This document shows positions 38,927 to 53,900 of a stretch of DNA of 64,000 nucleotides, one piece after another. A program made the position numbers and the translations under genes. This DNA is from Antedon mediterranea (lineage: Eukaryota > Animalia > Echinodermata). The stretch's first letter is position 1; each line of letters begins with the position of its first letter. The notes under the pieces are model-generated. The model did not search any database. It was not told the DNA's origin and saw only the letters and a list, made by a program, of their open reading frames with translations. The stretch covers positions 11,656,001 through 11,720,000 of the forward strand of contig NC_092680.1 in assembly GCF_964355755.1 (NCBI RefSeq), read 5' to 3'.

Positions 38927-41900
38927 AAGTTTTTTCGAAAATCACAAAATAGTCTAAAACGTCTCCAAATGCGATTTGAAGCTATTCTGTACACTTTGAT
39001 GTTTTGTGTGAAAAAGTTTTGTCGAAATGCTCAAAATGGTCTAAAACGTTTTTAAAACGATATTATTAAGCTATTTTGTGCTCTTTGATGTTTTTGTGTA
39101 ACCAAGTTTCATCGAAAATCACAAAATGGTCTAAAACGTCTCAAAATGCGATTTGAAGCTTTTCTAAGCACTTTGGTGTTTTTATCTTAACAAGTTTTTT
39201 CGAAAATCACGAAATGGTCTAAAATGTCTCCAAATGCGATTTGAAGATATTCTGAGCACTTTGGTGTTTTTATGTTAACAAGTTTTTTCGAAAATCACAA
39301 AATGGTCTAAAACGTCTCCAAATGCGATTTGAAGCTCTTCTGTACACTTAGATGTTTTGTGTGAAAAAGTTTTGTCGAAATGCTCAAAATGGTCTAAAAC
39401 GTTTTTAAATACGATATTAAGCTGTTTTGTGCACTTTGATGATTTGTGTGAAAAGTTTTAACGAAATGCTCAAAATGGTCTAAAACGGTTTCTAATGTGA
39501 TTTTAAGCACTTTGATGTTTTTGTGTAACCAAGTTTTTTCGAAAATCACAAAATAGTCTAAAACGTCTCCAAATGCGATTTGATGCTTTTCTAAGCACTT
39601 TGGTGTTTTTATGTTAACAAGTTTTTTCGAAAATCACAAAATGGTCTAAAACGTCTCCAAATGCGATTTGAGGATATTCTGAGCACTTTGGTGTTTTTTT
39701 GTTAAAAAGTTTTTTCGAAAATCACAAAATGGTCTAAAACGTCTCCAAATGCGATTTGAAGCTATTCTGTACACTTTGATGTTTTGTGTGAAAAAGTTTT
39801 GTCGAAATGCTCAAAATGGTCTAAAACGTTTTTAAATACGATATTAAGCTATTTTGTGATCTTTGATGTTTTTGTGTGAAAAGTTTTATCGAAATGCTCA
39901 AAATGGTCTAAAACGGTTTCTATTGTGATTTTGAGCACTTTGATGATTTTGTGTAACCAAGTTTCATCGAAATGTACAAAATGGTCTAAAACGTCTCCAA
40001 ATGCGATTTGAAGCTATTCTAAGTACTTTTGTGTTTTTATGTTAACAAGTTTTTTCGAAAATCACAAAATGGTCTAAAACGTCTCAAAATGCGATTTGAA
40101 GCTATTCTGTACACTTTGATGTTTTGTGTGAAAAAGTTTTGTCGAAATGCTCAAAATGGTCTAAAACGTTTTTAAAACGATATTAAGCTATTTTGTGCTC
40201 TTTGATGTTTTTGTGTAACCAAGTTTCATCGAAATCAACAAAATGGTCTAATACGTCTCCAAATGCGATTTGAAGCTTTTCCAAGCTTTTTGCTGTTTTT
40301 ATGTTAAGTTTTTTCGAAAATCACAAAATGGTCTAAAACGTCTTCAAATGCGATTTGAAGCTATTCTGTACACTTTGATGTTTTGTGTGAAAAAGTTTTG
40401 TCGAAATGCTCAAAATGGTCTAAAACGTTTTTAAATACGATATTAAGCTATTTTGTGATCTTTGATGTTTTTGTGTGAAAAGTTTTATCAAAATGCTCAA
40501 AATGGTCTGAAACGGTTTCTAATGCGATTTGAAGCTATTCTGTACACTTTGAAGTTTTGTGTGAAAAAGTTTTCTCGAAATGCTCAAAATGGTCTAAAAC
40601 GTTTTTATATACCATATTAAGCTATTTTGTGCACTTTGATGTTTTTTTTGAAAAGTTTTATCGAAATGCTCAAAATGGTCTAAAACGGTTTCTATTGGGA
40701 TTTTAAGCACTTTGATGATTTTGTGTAACCAAGTTTCATCGAAAATCACAAAATGGTCTAAAACGTCTCCAAATGCGATTTGAAGCTTTTCTAAGCACTT
40801 TTGTGTTTTTATGTTAACAAGTTTTTTCGAAAATCACAAAATGGTCTAAAACGTCTTCAAATGCGATTTGAAGCTATTCTGTACACTTTTATGTTTTGTG
40901 TGAAAAAGTTTTGTCGAAATTCTCAAAATGGTCTAAAACGTTTTTAAATACGATATTAAGCTGTTTTGTGCACTTTGATGATTTGTGTGAAAAGTTTTAA
41001 CGAAATGCTCAAAATGGTCTAAAACGGTTTCTAATGTTATTTTAAGCACTTTGATGTTTTTGTGTAACCAAGTTTTTTCGAAAATCACAAAATAGTCTAA
41101 AACGTCTCCAAATGCGATTTGAAGCTTTTCTAAGCACTTTGGTGTTTTTATGTTAACAAGTTTTTTCGAAAATCACAAAATGGTCTAAAACGTCTCCAAA
41201 TGCGATTTGAGGATATTCTGAGCACTTTGGTGTTTTTTTGTTAAAAAGTTTTTTAAAAAATCACAAAATGGTCTAAAACGTCTCCAAATGCGATTTGAAG
41301 CTATTCTGTACACTTTGATGTTTTGTGTGAAAAAGTTTTGTCGAAATGCTCAAAATGGTCTAAAACGTTTTTAAAACGATATTAAGCTATTTTGTGCTCT
41401 TTGATGTTTTTGTGTAACCAAGTTTCATCGAAAATCACAAAATGGTCTAAAACGTCTCAAAATGCGATTTGAAGCTTTTCTAAGCACTTTGGTGTTTTTA
41501 TGTTAACAAGTTTTTTCGAAAATCACGAAATGGTCTAAAATGTCTCCAAATGCGATTTGAAGATATTCTGAGCACTTTGGTGTTTTTATGTTAAAAAGTT
41601 TTTTCGAAAATCACAAAATGGTCTAAAACGTCTCCAAATGCGATTTGAAGCTCTTCTGTACACTTTGATGTTTTGTGTGAAAAAGTTTTGTCGAAATGCT
41701 CAAAATGGTCTAAAACGTTTTTAAATACGATATTAAGCTGTTTTGTGCACTTTGATGATTTGTGTGAAAAGTTTTAACGAAATGCTCAAAATGGTCTAAA
41801 ACGGTTTCTAATGTGATTTTAAGCACTTTGATGTTTTTGTGTAACCAAGTTTTTTCGAAAATCACAAAATAGTCTAAAACGTCTCCAAATGCGATTTGAA

Positions 41901-44900
41901 GCTTTTCTAAGCCCTTTGGTGTTTTTATGTTAACAAGTTTTTTCGAAAATCACAAAATGGTCTAAAACGTCTCCAAATGCGATTTGAGGATATTCTGAGC
42001 ACTTTGGTGTTTTTTTGTTAAAAAGTTTTTTCGAAAATCACAAAATGGTCTAAAACGTCTCCAAATGCGATTTGAAGCTATTCTGTACACTTTGATGTTT
42101 TGTGTGAAAAAGTTTTGTCGAAATGCTCAAAATGGTCTAAAACGTTTTTAAATACGATATTAGGCTATTTTGTGATCTTTGATGTTTTTGTGTGAAAAGT
42201 TTTATCGAAATGCTCAAAATGGTCTAAAACGGTTTCTAATGCGATTTGAAGCTATTCTGTACACTTTGAAGTTTTGTGTGAAAAAGTTTTCTCGAAATTC
42301 TCAAAATGGTCTAAAACGTTTTTATATACCATATTAAGCTATTTTGTGCACTTTGATGTTTTTTGTGAAAAGTTTTATCGAAATTCTCAAAATGGTCTAA
42401 AACGGTTTCTATTGTGATTTTAAGCACTTTGATGATTTTGTGTAACCAAGTTTCATCGAAATGTACAAAATGGTCTAAAACGTCTCCAAATGCGATTTGA
42501 AGCTATTCTAAGTACTTTTGTGTTTTTATGTTAACAAGTTTTTTCGAAAATCACAAAATGGTCTAAAACGTCTTCAAATGCGATTTGAAGCTATTCTGTA
42601 CACTTTGATGTTTTGTGTGAAAAAGTTTTGTCGAAATGCTCAAAATGGTCTAAAACGTTTTTAAAACGATATTAAGCTATTTTGTGCTCTTTGATGTTTT
42701 TGTGTAACCAAGTTTCATCGAAAATCACAAAATGGTCTAAAACGTCTCCAAATGCGATTTGAAGCTTTTCTAAGCACTTTGGTGTTTTTATGTTAACAAG
42801 TTTTTTCGAAAATCACAAAATGGTCTAAAACGTCTCCAAATGCGATTTGAAGCTCTTCTGTACACTTTGATGTTTTGTGGGAAAAAGTTTTGTCGAAATT
42901 CTCAAAATGGTCTAAAACGTTTTTAAATACGATATTAAGCTGTTTTGTGCACTTTGATGATTTGTGTGAAAAGTTTTAACGAAATGCTCAAAATGGTCAA
43001 AAACGGTTTCTAATGTGATTTTAAGCACTTTGATGTTTTTGTGTAACCAAGTTTTTTCGAAAATCACAAAATAGTCTAAAACGTCTCCAAATGCGATTTG
43101 AAGCTATTCTGTACACTTTGATGTTTTGTGTGAAAAAGTTTTGTCGAAATGCTCAAAATGGTCTAAAACGTTTTTAAATACGATATTAAGCTATTTTGTG
43201 ATCTTTGATGTTTTTGTGTGAAAAGTTTTATCGAAATGCTCAAAATGGTCTAAAACGTTTTTAAAACGATATTAAGCTATTTTGTGCTCTTTGATGTTTT
43301 TGTGTAACCAAGTTTCATCGAAAATCACAAAATCGTCTAAAACGTCGCCAAATGCGATTTGAAGCTTTTCTAAGCACTTTGTGTTTTTATTTTAACAAGT
43401 TTTTTCGAAAATCACGAAATGGTCTAAAATATCTCCAAATGCGATTTGAAGATATTCTGAGCACTTTGGTGTTTTTATGTTAAAAAGTTTTTTCGAAAAT
43501 CACAAAATGGTCTAAAACGTCTCCAAACGCGATTTGAAGCTCTTCTGTACACTTTGATGTTTTGTGTGAAAAAGTTTTGTCGAAATTCTCAAAATGGTCT
43601 AAAAGGTTTTTAAATACGATATTAAGCTGTTTTGTGCACTTTGATGATTTGTGTGAAAAGTTTTAACGAAATGCTCAAAATGGTCAAAAACGGTTTCTAA
43701 TGTGATTTTAAGCACTTTGATGTTTTTGTGTAACCAAGTTTTTTCAAAAATCACAAATTGGTCTAAAACGTCTCCAAATGCGATTTGAAGCTTTTCTAAG
43801 CACTTTGGTGTTTTTATGTTAACAAGTTTTTTCGAAAATCACAAAATGGTCTAAAACGTCTCCAAATGCGATTTGAAGATATTCTGAGCACTTTGGTGTT
43901 TTTATGTTAAAAAGTTTTTTCGAAAATCACAAAATAGTCTAAAACGTCTCCAAATGCGATTTGAAGCTATTCTGTACACTTTGATGTTTTGTGTGAAAAA
44001 GTTTTGTCGAAATGCTCAAAATGGTCTAAAACGTTTTTAAAACGATTTTATTAAGCTATTTTGTGCTCTTTGATTTTTTTGTGTAACCAAGTTTCATCGA
44101 AAATCACAAAATGGTCTAAAACGTCTCAAAATGCGATTTGAAGCTTTTCTAAGCACTTTGGTGTTTTTATCTTAACAAGTTTTTTCGAAAATCACGAAAT
44201 GGTCTAAAATGTCTCCAAATGCGATTTGAAGATATTCTGAGCACTTTGGTGTTTTTATGTTAAAAAGTTTTTTCGAAAATCACAAAATGGTCTAAAACGT
44301 CTCCAAATGCGATTTGAAGCTCTTCTGTACACTTTGATGTTTTGTGTGAAAAAGTTTTGTCGAAATGCTCAAAATGGTCTAAAACGTTTTTAAATACGAT
44401 ATTAAGCTGTTTTGTGCACTTTGATGATTTGTGTGAAAAGTTTTAACGAAATGCTCAAAATGGTCTAAAACGGTTTCTAATGTGATTTTAAGCACTTTGA
44501 TGTTTTTGTGTAACCAAGTTTTTTCGAAAATCACAAAATAGTCTAAAACGTCTCCAAATGCGATTTGAAGCTTTTCTAAGCACTTTGGTGTTTTTATGTT
44601 AACAAGTTTTTTCGAAAATCACAAAATGGTCTAAAACGTCTCCAAATGCGATTTGAGGATATTCTGAGCACTTTGGAGTTTTTTTGTTAAAAAGTTTTTT
44701 CGAAAATCACAAAATGGTCTAAAACGTCTCCAAATGCGATTTGAAGCTATTCTGTACACTTTGATGTTTTGTGTGAAAAAGTTTTGTCGAAATGCTCAAA
44801 ATGGTCTAAAACGTTTTTAAATACGATATTAAGCTATTTTGTGATCTTTGATGTTTTTGTGTGAAAAGTTTTATCGAAATGCTCAAAATGGTCTAAAACG

Positions 44901-47900
44901 GTTTCTATTGTGATTTTAAGCACTTTGATGATTTTGTGTAACCAAGTTTCATCGAAATGTACAAAATGGTCTAAAACGTCTCCAAATGCGATTTGAAGCT
45001 ATTCTAAATACTTTTGTGTTTTTATGTTAACAAGTTTTTTCGAAAATCACAAAATGGTCTAAAACGTCTCAAAATGCGATTTGAAGCTATTCTGTACACT
45101 TTGATGTTTTGTGTGAAAAAGTTTTGTCGAAATGCTCAAAATGGTCTAAAACGTTTTTAAAACGATATTAAGCTATTTTGTGCTCTTTGATGTTTTTGTG
45201 TAACCAAGTTTCATCGAAATCAACAAAATGGTCTAATACGTCTCCAAATGCGATTTGAAGCTTTTCCAAGCTTTTTGCTGTTTTTATGTTAAGTTTTTTC
45301 GAAAATCACAAAATGGTCTAAAACGTCTTCAAATGCGATTTGAAGCTATTCTGTACACTTTGATGTTTTGTGTGAAAAAGTTTTGTCGAAATGCTCAAAA
45401 TGGTCTAAAACGTTTTTAAATACGATATTAAGCTATTTTGTGATCTTTGATGTTTTTGTGTGAAAAGTTTTATCAAAATGCTCAAAATGGTCTGAAACGG
45501 TTTCTAATGCGATTTGAAGCTATTCTGTACACTTTGAAGTTTTGTGTGAAAAAGTTTTCTCGAAATGCTCAAAATGGTCTAAAACGTTTTTATATACCAT
45601 ATTAAGCTATTTTGTGCACTTTGATGTTTTTTTTTAAAAGTTTTATCGAAATGCTCAAAATGGTCTAAAACGGTTTCTATTGGGATTTTAAGCACTTTGA
45701 TGATTTTGTGTAACCAAGTTTCATCGAAAATCACAAAATGGTCTAAAACGTCTCCAAATGCGATTTGAAGCTTTTCTAAGCACTTTTGTGTTTTTATGTT
45801 AACAAGTTTTTTCGAAAATCACAAAATGGTCTAAAACGTCTTCAAATGCGATTTGAAGCTATTCTGTACACTTTTATGTTTTGTGTGAAAAAGTTTTGTC
45901 GAAATGCTCAAAATGGTCTAAAACGTTTTTAAAACGATATTAAGCTATTTTGTGCTCTTTGATGTTTTTGTGTAACCAAGTTTCATCGAAAATCACAAAA
46001 TGGTCTAAAACGTCTCCAAATGCGATTTGAAGCTTTTCTAAGCACTTTGGTGTTTTTATGTTAACAAGTTTTTTCGAAAATCACAAAATGGTCTAAAACG
46101 TCTCCAAATGCGATTTGAAGCTCTTCTGTACACTTTGATGTTTTGTGGGAAAAAGTTTTGTCGAAATTCTCAAAATGGTCTAAAACGTTTTTAAATACGA
46201 TATTAAGCTGTTTTGTGCACTTTGATGATTTGTGTGAAAAGTTTTAACGAAATGCTCAAAATGGTCAAAAACGGTTTCTAATGTGATTTTAAGCACTTTG
46301 ATGTTTTTGTGTAACCAAGTTTTTTCGAAAATCACAAAATGGTCTAAAACGTCTCCAAATGCGATTTGAAGCTATTCTGTACACTTTGATGTTTTGTGTG
46401 AAAAAGTTTTGTCGAAATGCTCAAAATGGTCTAAAACGTTTTTAAATACGATATTAAGCTATTTTGTGATCTTTGATGTTTTTGTGTGAAAAGTTTTATC
46501 GAAATGCTCAAAATGGTCTAAAACGTTTTTAAAACGATATTAAGCTATTTTGTGCTCTTTGATGTTTTTGTGTAACCAAGTTTCAACGAAAATCACAAAA
46601 TGGTCTAAAACGTCTCCAAATGCGATTTGAAGCTTTTCTAAGCACTTTGGTGTTTTTATGTTAACAAGTTTTTTCGAAAATCACAAAATGGTCTAAAACG
46701 TCTCCAAATGCGATTTGAAGCTCTTCTGTACACTTTGATGTTTTGTGTGAAAAAGTTTTGTCGAAATTCTCAAAATGGTCTAAAAGGTTTTTAAATACGA
46801 TATTAAGCTGTTTTGTGCACTTTGATGATTTGTGTGAAAAGTTTTAACGAAATGCTCAAAATGGTCTAAAACGGTTTCTAATGTGATTTTAAGCACTTTG
46901 ATGTTTTTGTGTAACCAAGTTTTTTCGAAAATCACAAAATGGTCTAATACGTCTCCAAATGCGATTTGAAGCTTTTCCAAGCACTTTGCTGTTTTTATGT
47001 TAAGTTTTTCGAAAATCACAAAATGGTCTAAAACGTCTTCAAATGCGATTTGAAGCTATTCTGTACACTTTGATGTTTTGTGTGAAAAAGTTGTGTCGAA
47101 ATGCTCAAAATGGTCTAAAACGTTTTTAAATACGATATTAAGCTATTTTGTGATCTTTGATGTTTTTGTGTGAAAAGTTTTATCAAAATGCTCAAAATGG
47201 TCTGAAACGGTTTCTAATGCGATTTGAAGCTATTCTGTACACTTTGAAGTTTTGTGTGAAAAAGTTTTCTCGAAATGCTCAAAATGGTCTAAAACGTTTT
47301 TATATACCATATTAAGCTATTTTGTGCACTTTGATGTTTTTTTTGAAAAGTTTTATCGAAATGCTCAAAATGGTCTAAAACGGTTTCTATTGGGATTTTA
47401 AGCACTTTGATGATTTTGTGTAACCAAGTTTCATCGAAATGTACAAAATGGTCTAAAACGTCTCCAAATGCGATTTGAAGCTATTCTAAGTACTTTTGTG
47501 TTTTTATGTTAACAAGTTTTTTCGAAAATCACAAAATGGTCTAAAACGTCTTCAAATGCGATTTGAAGCTATTCTGTACACTTTGATGTTTTGTGTGAAA
47601 AAGTTTTGTCGAAATGCTCAAAATGGTCAAAAACGGTTTCTAATGTGATTTTAAGCACTTTGATGTTTTTGTGTAACCAAGTTTTTTAAAAAATCACAAA
47701 ATGGTCTAAAACGTCTCCAAATGCGATTTGAAGCTTTTCTAAGCACTTTGGTGTTTTTATGTTAACAAGTTTTTTCGAAAATCACAAAATGGTCTAAAAC
47801 GTCTATAAATGCGATTTGAAGATATTCTGAGCACTTTGGTGTTTTTATGTTAAAAAGTTTTTTCGAAAATCACAAAATAGTCTAAAACGTCTCAAAATGC

Positions 47901-50900
47901 GATTTGAAGCTATTCTGTACACTTTGATGTTTTGTGTGAAAAAGTTTTGTCGAAATGCTCAAAATGGTCTAAAACGTTTTTAAAACGATATTAAGCTATT
48001 TTGTGCTCTTTGATGTTTTTGTGTAACCAAGTTTCATCGAAAATCACAAAATGGTCTAAAACATCTCCAAATGCGATTTGAAGCTTTTCTAAGCACTTTG
48101 GTGTTTTTATGTTAACAAGTTTTTTCGAAAATCACGAAATGGTCTAAAATGTTTCCAAAAGCGATTTGAAGATATTCTGAGCACTTTGGTGTTTTTATGT
48201 TAAAACGTTTTTTCGAAAATCAAAAAATGGTCTAAAACGTTTTTAAATACGATATTAAGCTATTTTGTGATCTTTGATGTTTTTGTGTGAAAAGTTTTAT
48301 CGAAATGCTCAAAATGGTCTAAAACGGTTTCTAATGCGATTTGAAGCTATTCTGTACACTTTGAAGTTTTTTGTGAAAAAGTTTTCTCGAAATGCTCAAA
48401 ATGGTCTAAAACGTTTTTATATACCATATTAAGCTATTTTGTGCACTTTGATGTTTTTTGTGAAAAGTTTTATCAAAATTCTCAAAATGGTCTAAAACGG
48501 TTTCTATTGTGATTTTAAGCACTTTGATGATTTTGTGTAACCAAGTTTCATCGAAATGTACAAAATGGTCTAAAACGTCTCCAAATGCGATTTGAAGCTA
48601 TTCTAAGTACTTTTGTGTTTTTATGTTAACAAGTTTTTTCGAAAATCACGAAATGGTCTAAAATGTCTCCAAATGCGATTTGAAGATATTCTGAGCACTT
48701 TGGTGTTTTTATGTTAAAAAGTTTTTTCGAAAATCACAAAATAGTCTAAAACGTCTCCAAATGCGATTTGAAGCTATTCTGTACACTTTGATGTTTTGTG
48801 TGAAAAAGTTTTGTCGAAATGCTCAAAATGGTCTAAAACGTTTTTAAAACGATATTAAGCTATTTTGTGCTCTTTGATGTTTTTGTGTAACCAAGTTTCA
48901 TCGAAAATCACAAAATGGTCTAAAACGTCTCAAAATGCGATTTGAAGCTTTTCTAAGCACTTTGGTGTTTTTATGTTAACAAGTTTTTTCGAAAATCACG
49001 AAATGGTCTAAAATGTCTCCAAATGCGATTTGAAGATATTCTGAGCACTTTGGTGTTTTTATGTTAAAAAGTTTTTTCGAAAATCACAAAATGGTCTAAA
49101 ACGTCTCCAAATGCGATTTGAAGCTATTCTGTACACTTTGATGTTTTGTGTGAAAAAGTTTTGTCGAAATGCTCAAAATGGTCTAAAACGTTTTTAAATA
49201 CGATATTAAGCTATTTTGTGATCTTTGATGTTTTTGTGTGAAAAGTTTTATCGAAATGCTCAAAATGGTCTAAAACGTTTTTAAAACGATATTAAGCTAT
49301 TTTGTGCTCTTTGATGTTTTTGTGTAACCAAGTTTCATCGAAAATCACAAAATGGTCTAAAACGTCGCCAAATGCGATTTGAAGCTTTTCTAAGCACTTT
49401 GGTGTTTTTATGTTAACAAGTTTTTTCGAAAATCACGAAATGGTCTAAAATATCTCCAAATGCGATTTGAAGATATTCTGAGCACTTTGGTGTTTTTATG
49501 TTAAAAAGTTTTTCGAAAATCACAAAATGGTCTAAAACGTCTCCAAACGCGATTTGAAGCTCTTCTGTACACTTTGATGTTTTGTGTGAAAAAGTTTTGT
49601 CGAAATTCTCAAAATGGTCTAAAACGTTTTTAAATACGATATTAAGCTGTTTTGTGCACTTTGATGATTTGTGTGAAAAGTTTTAACGAAATGCTCAAAA
49701 TGGTCAAAAACGGTTTCTAATGTGATTTTAAGCACTTTGATGTTTTTGTGTAACCAAGTTTTTTCAAAAATCACAAAATGGTCTAAAACGTCTCCAAATG
49801 CGATTTGAAGCTTTTCTAAGCACTTTGGTGTTTTTATGTTAACAAGTTTTTTCGAAAATCACAAAATGGTCTAAAACGTCTCCAAATGCGATTTGAAGAT
49901 ATTCTGAGCACTTTGGTGTTTTTATGTTAAAAAGTTTTTTCGAAAATCACAAAATAGTCTAAAACGTCTCCAAATGCGATTTGAAGCTATTCTGTACACT
50001 TTGATGTTTTGTGTGAAAAAGTTTTGTCGAAATGCTCAAAATGGTCTAAAACGTTTTTAAAACGATATTATTAAGCTATTTTGTGCTCTTTGATGTTTTT
50101 GTGTAACCAAGTTTCATCGAAAATCACAAAATGGTCTAAAACGTCTCAAAATGCGATTTGAAGCTTTTCTAAGCACTTTGGTGTTTTTATCTTAACAAGT
50201 TTTTTCGAAAATCACGAAATGGTCTAAAATGTCTCCAAATGCGATTTGAAGATATTCTGAGCACTTTGGTGTTTTTATGTTGAAAAGTTTTTTCGAAAAT
50301 CACAAAATGGTCTAAAACGTCTCCAAATGCGATTTGAAGCTCTTCTGTACACTTTGATGTTTTGTGTGAAAAAGCTTTGTCGAAATGCTCAAAATGGTCT
50401 AAAACGTTTTTAAATACGATATTAAGCTGTTTTGTGCACTTTGATGATTTGTGTGAAAAGTTTTAACGAAATGCTCAAAATGGTCTAAAACGGTTTCTAA
50501 TGTGATTTTAAGCACTTTGATGTTTTTGTGTAACCAAGTTTTTTCGAAAATCACAAAATAGTCTAAAACGTCTCCAAATGCGATTTGAAGCTTTTCTAAG
50601 CACTTTGGTGTTTTTATGTTAACAAGTTTTTTCGAAAATCACAAAATGGTCTAAAACGTCTCCAAATGCGATTTGAGGATATTCTGAGCACTTTGGTGTT
50701 TTTTTGTTAAAAAGTTTTTTCGAAAATCACAAAATGGTCTAAAACGTCTCCAAATGCGATTTGAAGCTATTCTGTACACTTTGATGTTTTGTGTGAAAAA
50801 GTTTTGTCGAAATGCTCAAAATGGTCTAAAACGTTTTTAAATACGATATAAAGCTATTTTTTGATCTTTGATGTTTTTGTGTGAAAAGTTTTATCGAAAT

Positions 50901-53900
50901 GCTCAAAATGGTCTAAAACGGTTTCTAATGCGATTTGAAGCTATTCTGTACCCTTTGAAGTTTTTTGTGAAAAAGTTTTCTCGAAATGCTCAAAATGGTC
51001 TAAAAAGTTTTCTATTGGGATTTTAAGCACTTTGATGATTTTGTGTAACCAAGTTTCATCGAAATGTACAAAATGGTCTAAAACGTCTCCAAATGCGATT
51101 TGAAGCTATTCTAAGTACTTTTGTGTTTTTATGTTAACAAGTTTTTTCGAAAATCACAAAATGGTCTAAAACATCTTCAAATGCGATTTGAAGCTATTCT
51201 GTACACTTTTATGTTTTGTGTGAAAAAGTTTTGTCGAAATTCTCAAAATGGTCTAAAACGTTTTTAAATACGATATTAAGCTGTTTTGTGCACTTTGATG
51301 ATTTGTGTGAAAAGTTTTAACGAAATGCTCAAAATGGTCAAAAACGGTTTCTAATGTGATTTTAAGCACTTTGATGTTTTTGTGTAACCAAGTTTTTTCA
51401 AAAATCACAAAATGGTCTAAAACGTCTCCAAATGCGATTTGAAGCTTTTCTAAGCACTTTGGTGTTTTTATGTTAACAAGTTTTTTCGAAAATCACAAAA
51501 TGGTCTAAAACGTCTCCAAATGCGATTTGAAGATATTCTGAGCACTTTGGTGTTTTTATGTTAAAAAGTTTTTTCGAAAATCACAAAATAGTCTAAAACG
51601 TCTCCAAATGCGATTTGAAGCTATTCTGTACACTTTGATGTTTTGTGTGAAAAAGTTTTGTCGAAATGCTCAAAATGGTCTAAAACGTTTTTAAAACGAT
51701 ATTAAGCTATTTTGTGCTCTTTGATGTTTTTGTGTAACCAAGTTTCATCGAAAATCACAAAATGGTCTAAAACGTCTCAAAATGCGATTTGAAGCTTTTC
51801 TAAGCACTTTGGTGTTTTTATGTTAACAAGTTTTTTCGAAAATCACGAAATGGTTTAAAATATCTCCAAATGCGATTTGAAGATATTCTGAGCACTTTGG
51901 TGTTTTTATGTTAAAAAGTTTTTTCGAAAATCACAAAATGGTCTAAAACGTCTCCAAATGCGAATTGAAGCTCTTCTGTACACTTTGATGTTTTGTGTGA
52001 AAAAGTTTTGTCGAAATGCTCAAAATGGTCTAAAACATTTTCAAATACGATATTAAGCTGTTTTGTGCACTTTGATGATTTGTGTGAAAAGTTTTAACGA
52101 AATCCTCAAAATGGTCTAAAACGGTTTCTAATGTGATTTTAAGCACTTTGATGTTTTTGTGTAACCAAGTTTTATCGAAAATCACAAAATAGTCTAAAAC
52201 GTCTCCAAATGCGATTTGAAGCTTTTCTAAGCACTTTGGTGTTTTTATGTTAACAAGTGTTTTCGAAAATCACAAAATGGTCTAAAACGTCTCCAAATGC
52301 GATTTGAGGATATTCTGAGCACTTTGGTGTTTTTTTGTTAAAAAGTTTTTTCGAAAATCACAAAATGGTCTAAAACGTCTCCAAATGCGATTTGAAGCTA
52401 TTCTGTACACTTTGATGTTTTGTGTGAAAAAGTTTTGTCGAAATGCTCAAAATGGTCTAAAACATTTTTAAATACGATATTAAGCTATTTTGTGATCTTT
52501 GATGTTTTTGTGTGAAAAGTTTTATCGAAATGCTCAAAATGGTCTAAAACGGTTTCTATTGTGATTTTAAGCACTTTGATGATTTTGTGTAACCAAGTTT
52601 CATCGAAATGTACAAAATGGTCTAAAACGTCTCCAAATGCGATTTGAAGCTATTCTAAGTACTTTTGTGTTTTTATGTTAACAAGTTTTTTCGAAAATCA
52701 CAAAATGGTCTAAAACGTCTTCAAATGCGATTTGAAGCTATTCTGTACACTTTGATGTTTTGTGTGAAAAAGTTTTGTCAAAATGCTCAAAATGGTCTAA
52801 AACGTTTTTAAAACGATATTAAGCTATTTTGTGCTCTTTGATGTTTTTGTGTAACCAAGTTTCATCGAAAATCACAACATGGTCTAAAACGTCTCCAAAT
52901 GCGATTTGAAGCTTTTCTAAGCACTTTGGTGTTTTTATGTTAACAAGTTTTTTCGAAAATCACAAAATGGTCTAAAACGTCTCCAAATGCGATTTGAAGC
53001 TCTTCTGTACACTTTGATGTTTTGTTTGAAAAAGTTTTGTCGAAATTCTCAAAATGGTCTAAAACGTTTTTAAATTCGATATTAAGCTGTTTTGTGCACT
53101 TTGATGATTTGTGTGAAAAGTTTTAACGAAATGCTCAAAATGGTCAAAAACGGTTTCTAATGTGATTTTAAGCACTTTGATGTTTTTGTGTAACCAAGTT
53201 TTTTCGAAAATCACAAAATGGTCTAAAACGTCTCCAAATGCGATTTGAGGATATTCTGAGCACTTTGGTGTTTTTATGTTAAAAAGTTTTTTCGAAAATC
53301 ACAAAATGGTCTAAAACGTCTCAAAATGCGATTTGAAGCTAATCTGTACACTTTGATGTTTTGTGTGAAAAAGTTTTGTCGAAATGCTCAAAATGGTCTA
53401 AAACGTTTTTAAAACGATATTAAGCTATTTTGTGCTCTTTGATGTTTTTTTGTAACCAAGTTTCATCGAAAATCACAAAATGGTCTAAAACGTCTCAAAA
53501 TGCGATTTGAAGCTTTTCTAAGCAATTTGGTGTTTTTATGTTAACAAGTTTTTTCGAAAATCACGAAATGGTCTAAAATGTCTCCAAATGCGATTTGAAG
53601 ATATTCTGAGCACTTTGGTGTTTTTATGTTAAAAAGTTTTTTCGAAAATCACAAAATGGTCTAAAACGTCTCCAAATGCGATTTGAAGCTCTTCTGTACA
53701 CTTTGATGTTTTGTGTGAAAAAGTTTTGTCGAAATGCTCAAAATGGTCTAAAACGTTTTCAAATACGATATTAAGCTGTTTTGTGCACTTTGATGATTTG
53801 TGTGAAAAGTTTTAACGAAATGCTCAAAATGGTCTAAAACGGTTTCTAATGTGATTTTAAGCACTTTGGTGTTTTTATGTTAACAAGTTTTTTCGAAAAT

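Noticed and set aside
43375-47015. 1-bp indels distinguishing the macro-copies as true mutations
   Set aside because: They lie in or next to homopolymers and could be consensus errors, so I used them only for offset bookkeeping.
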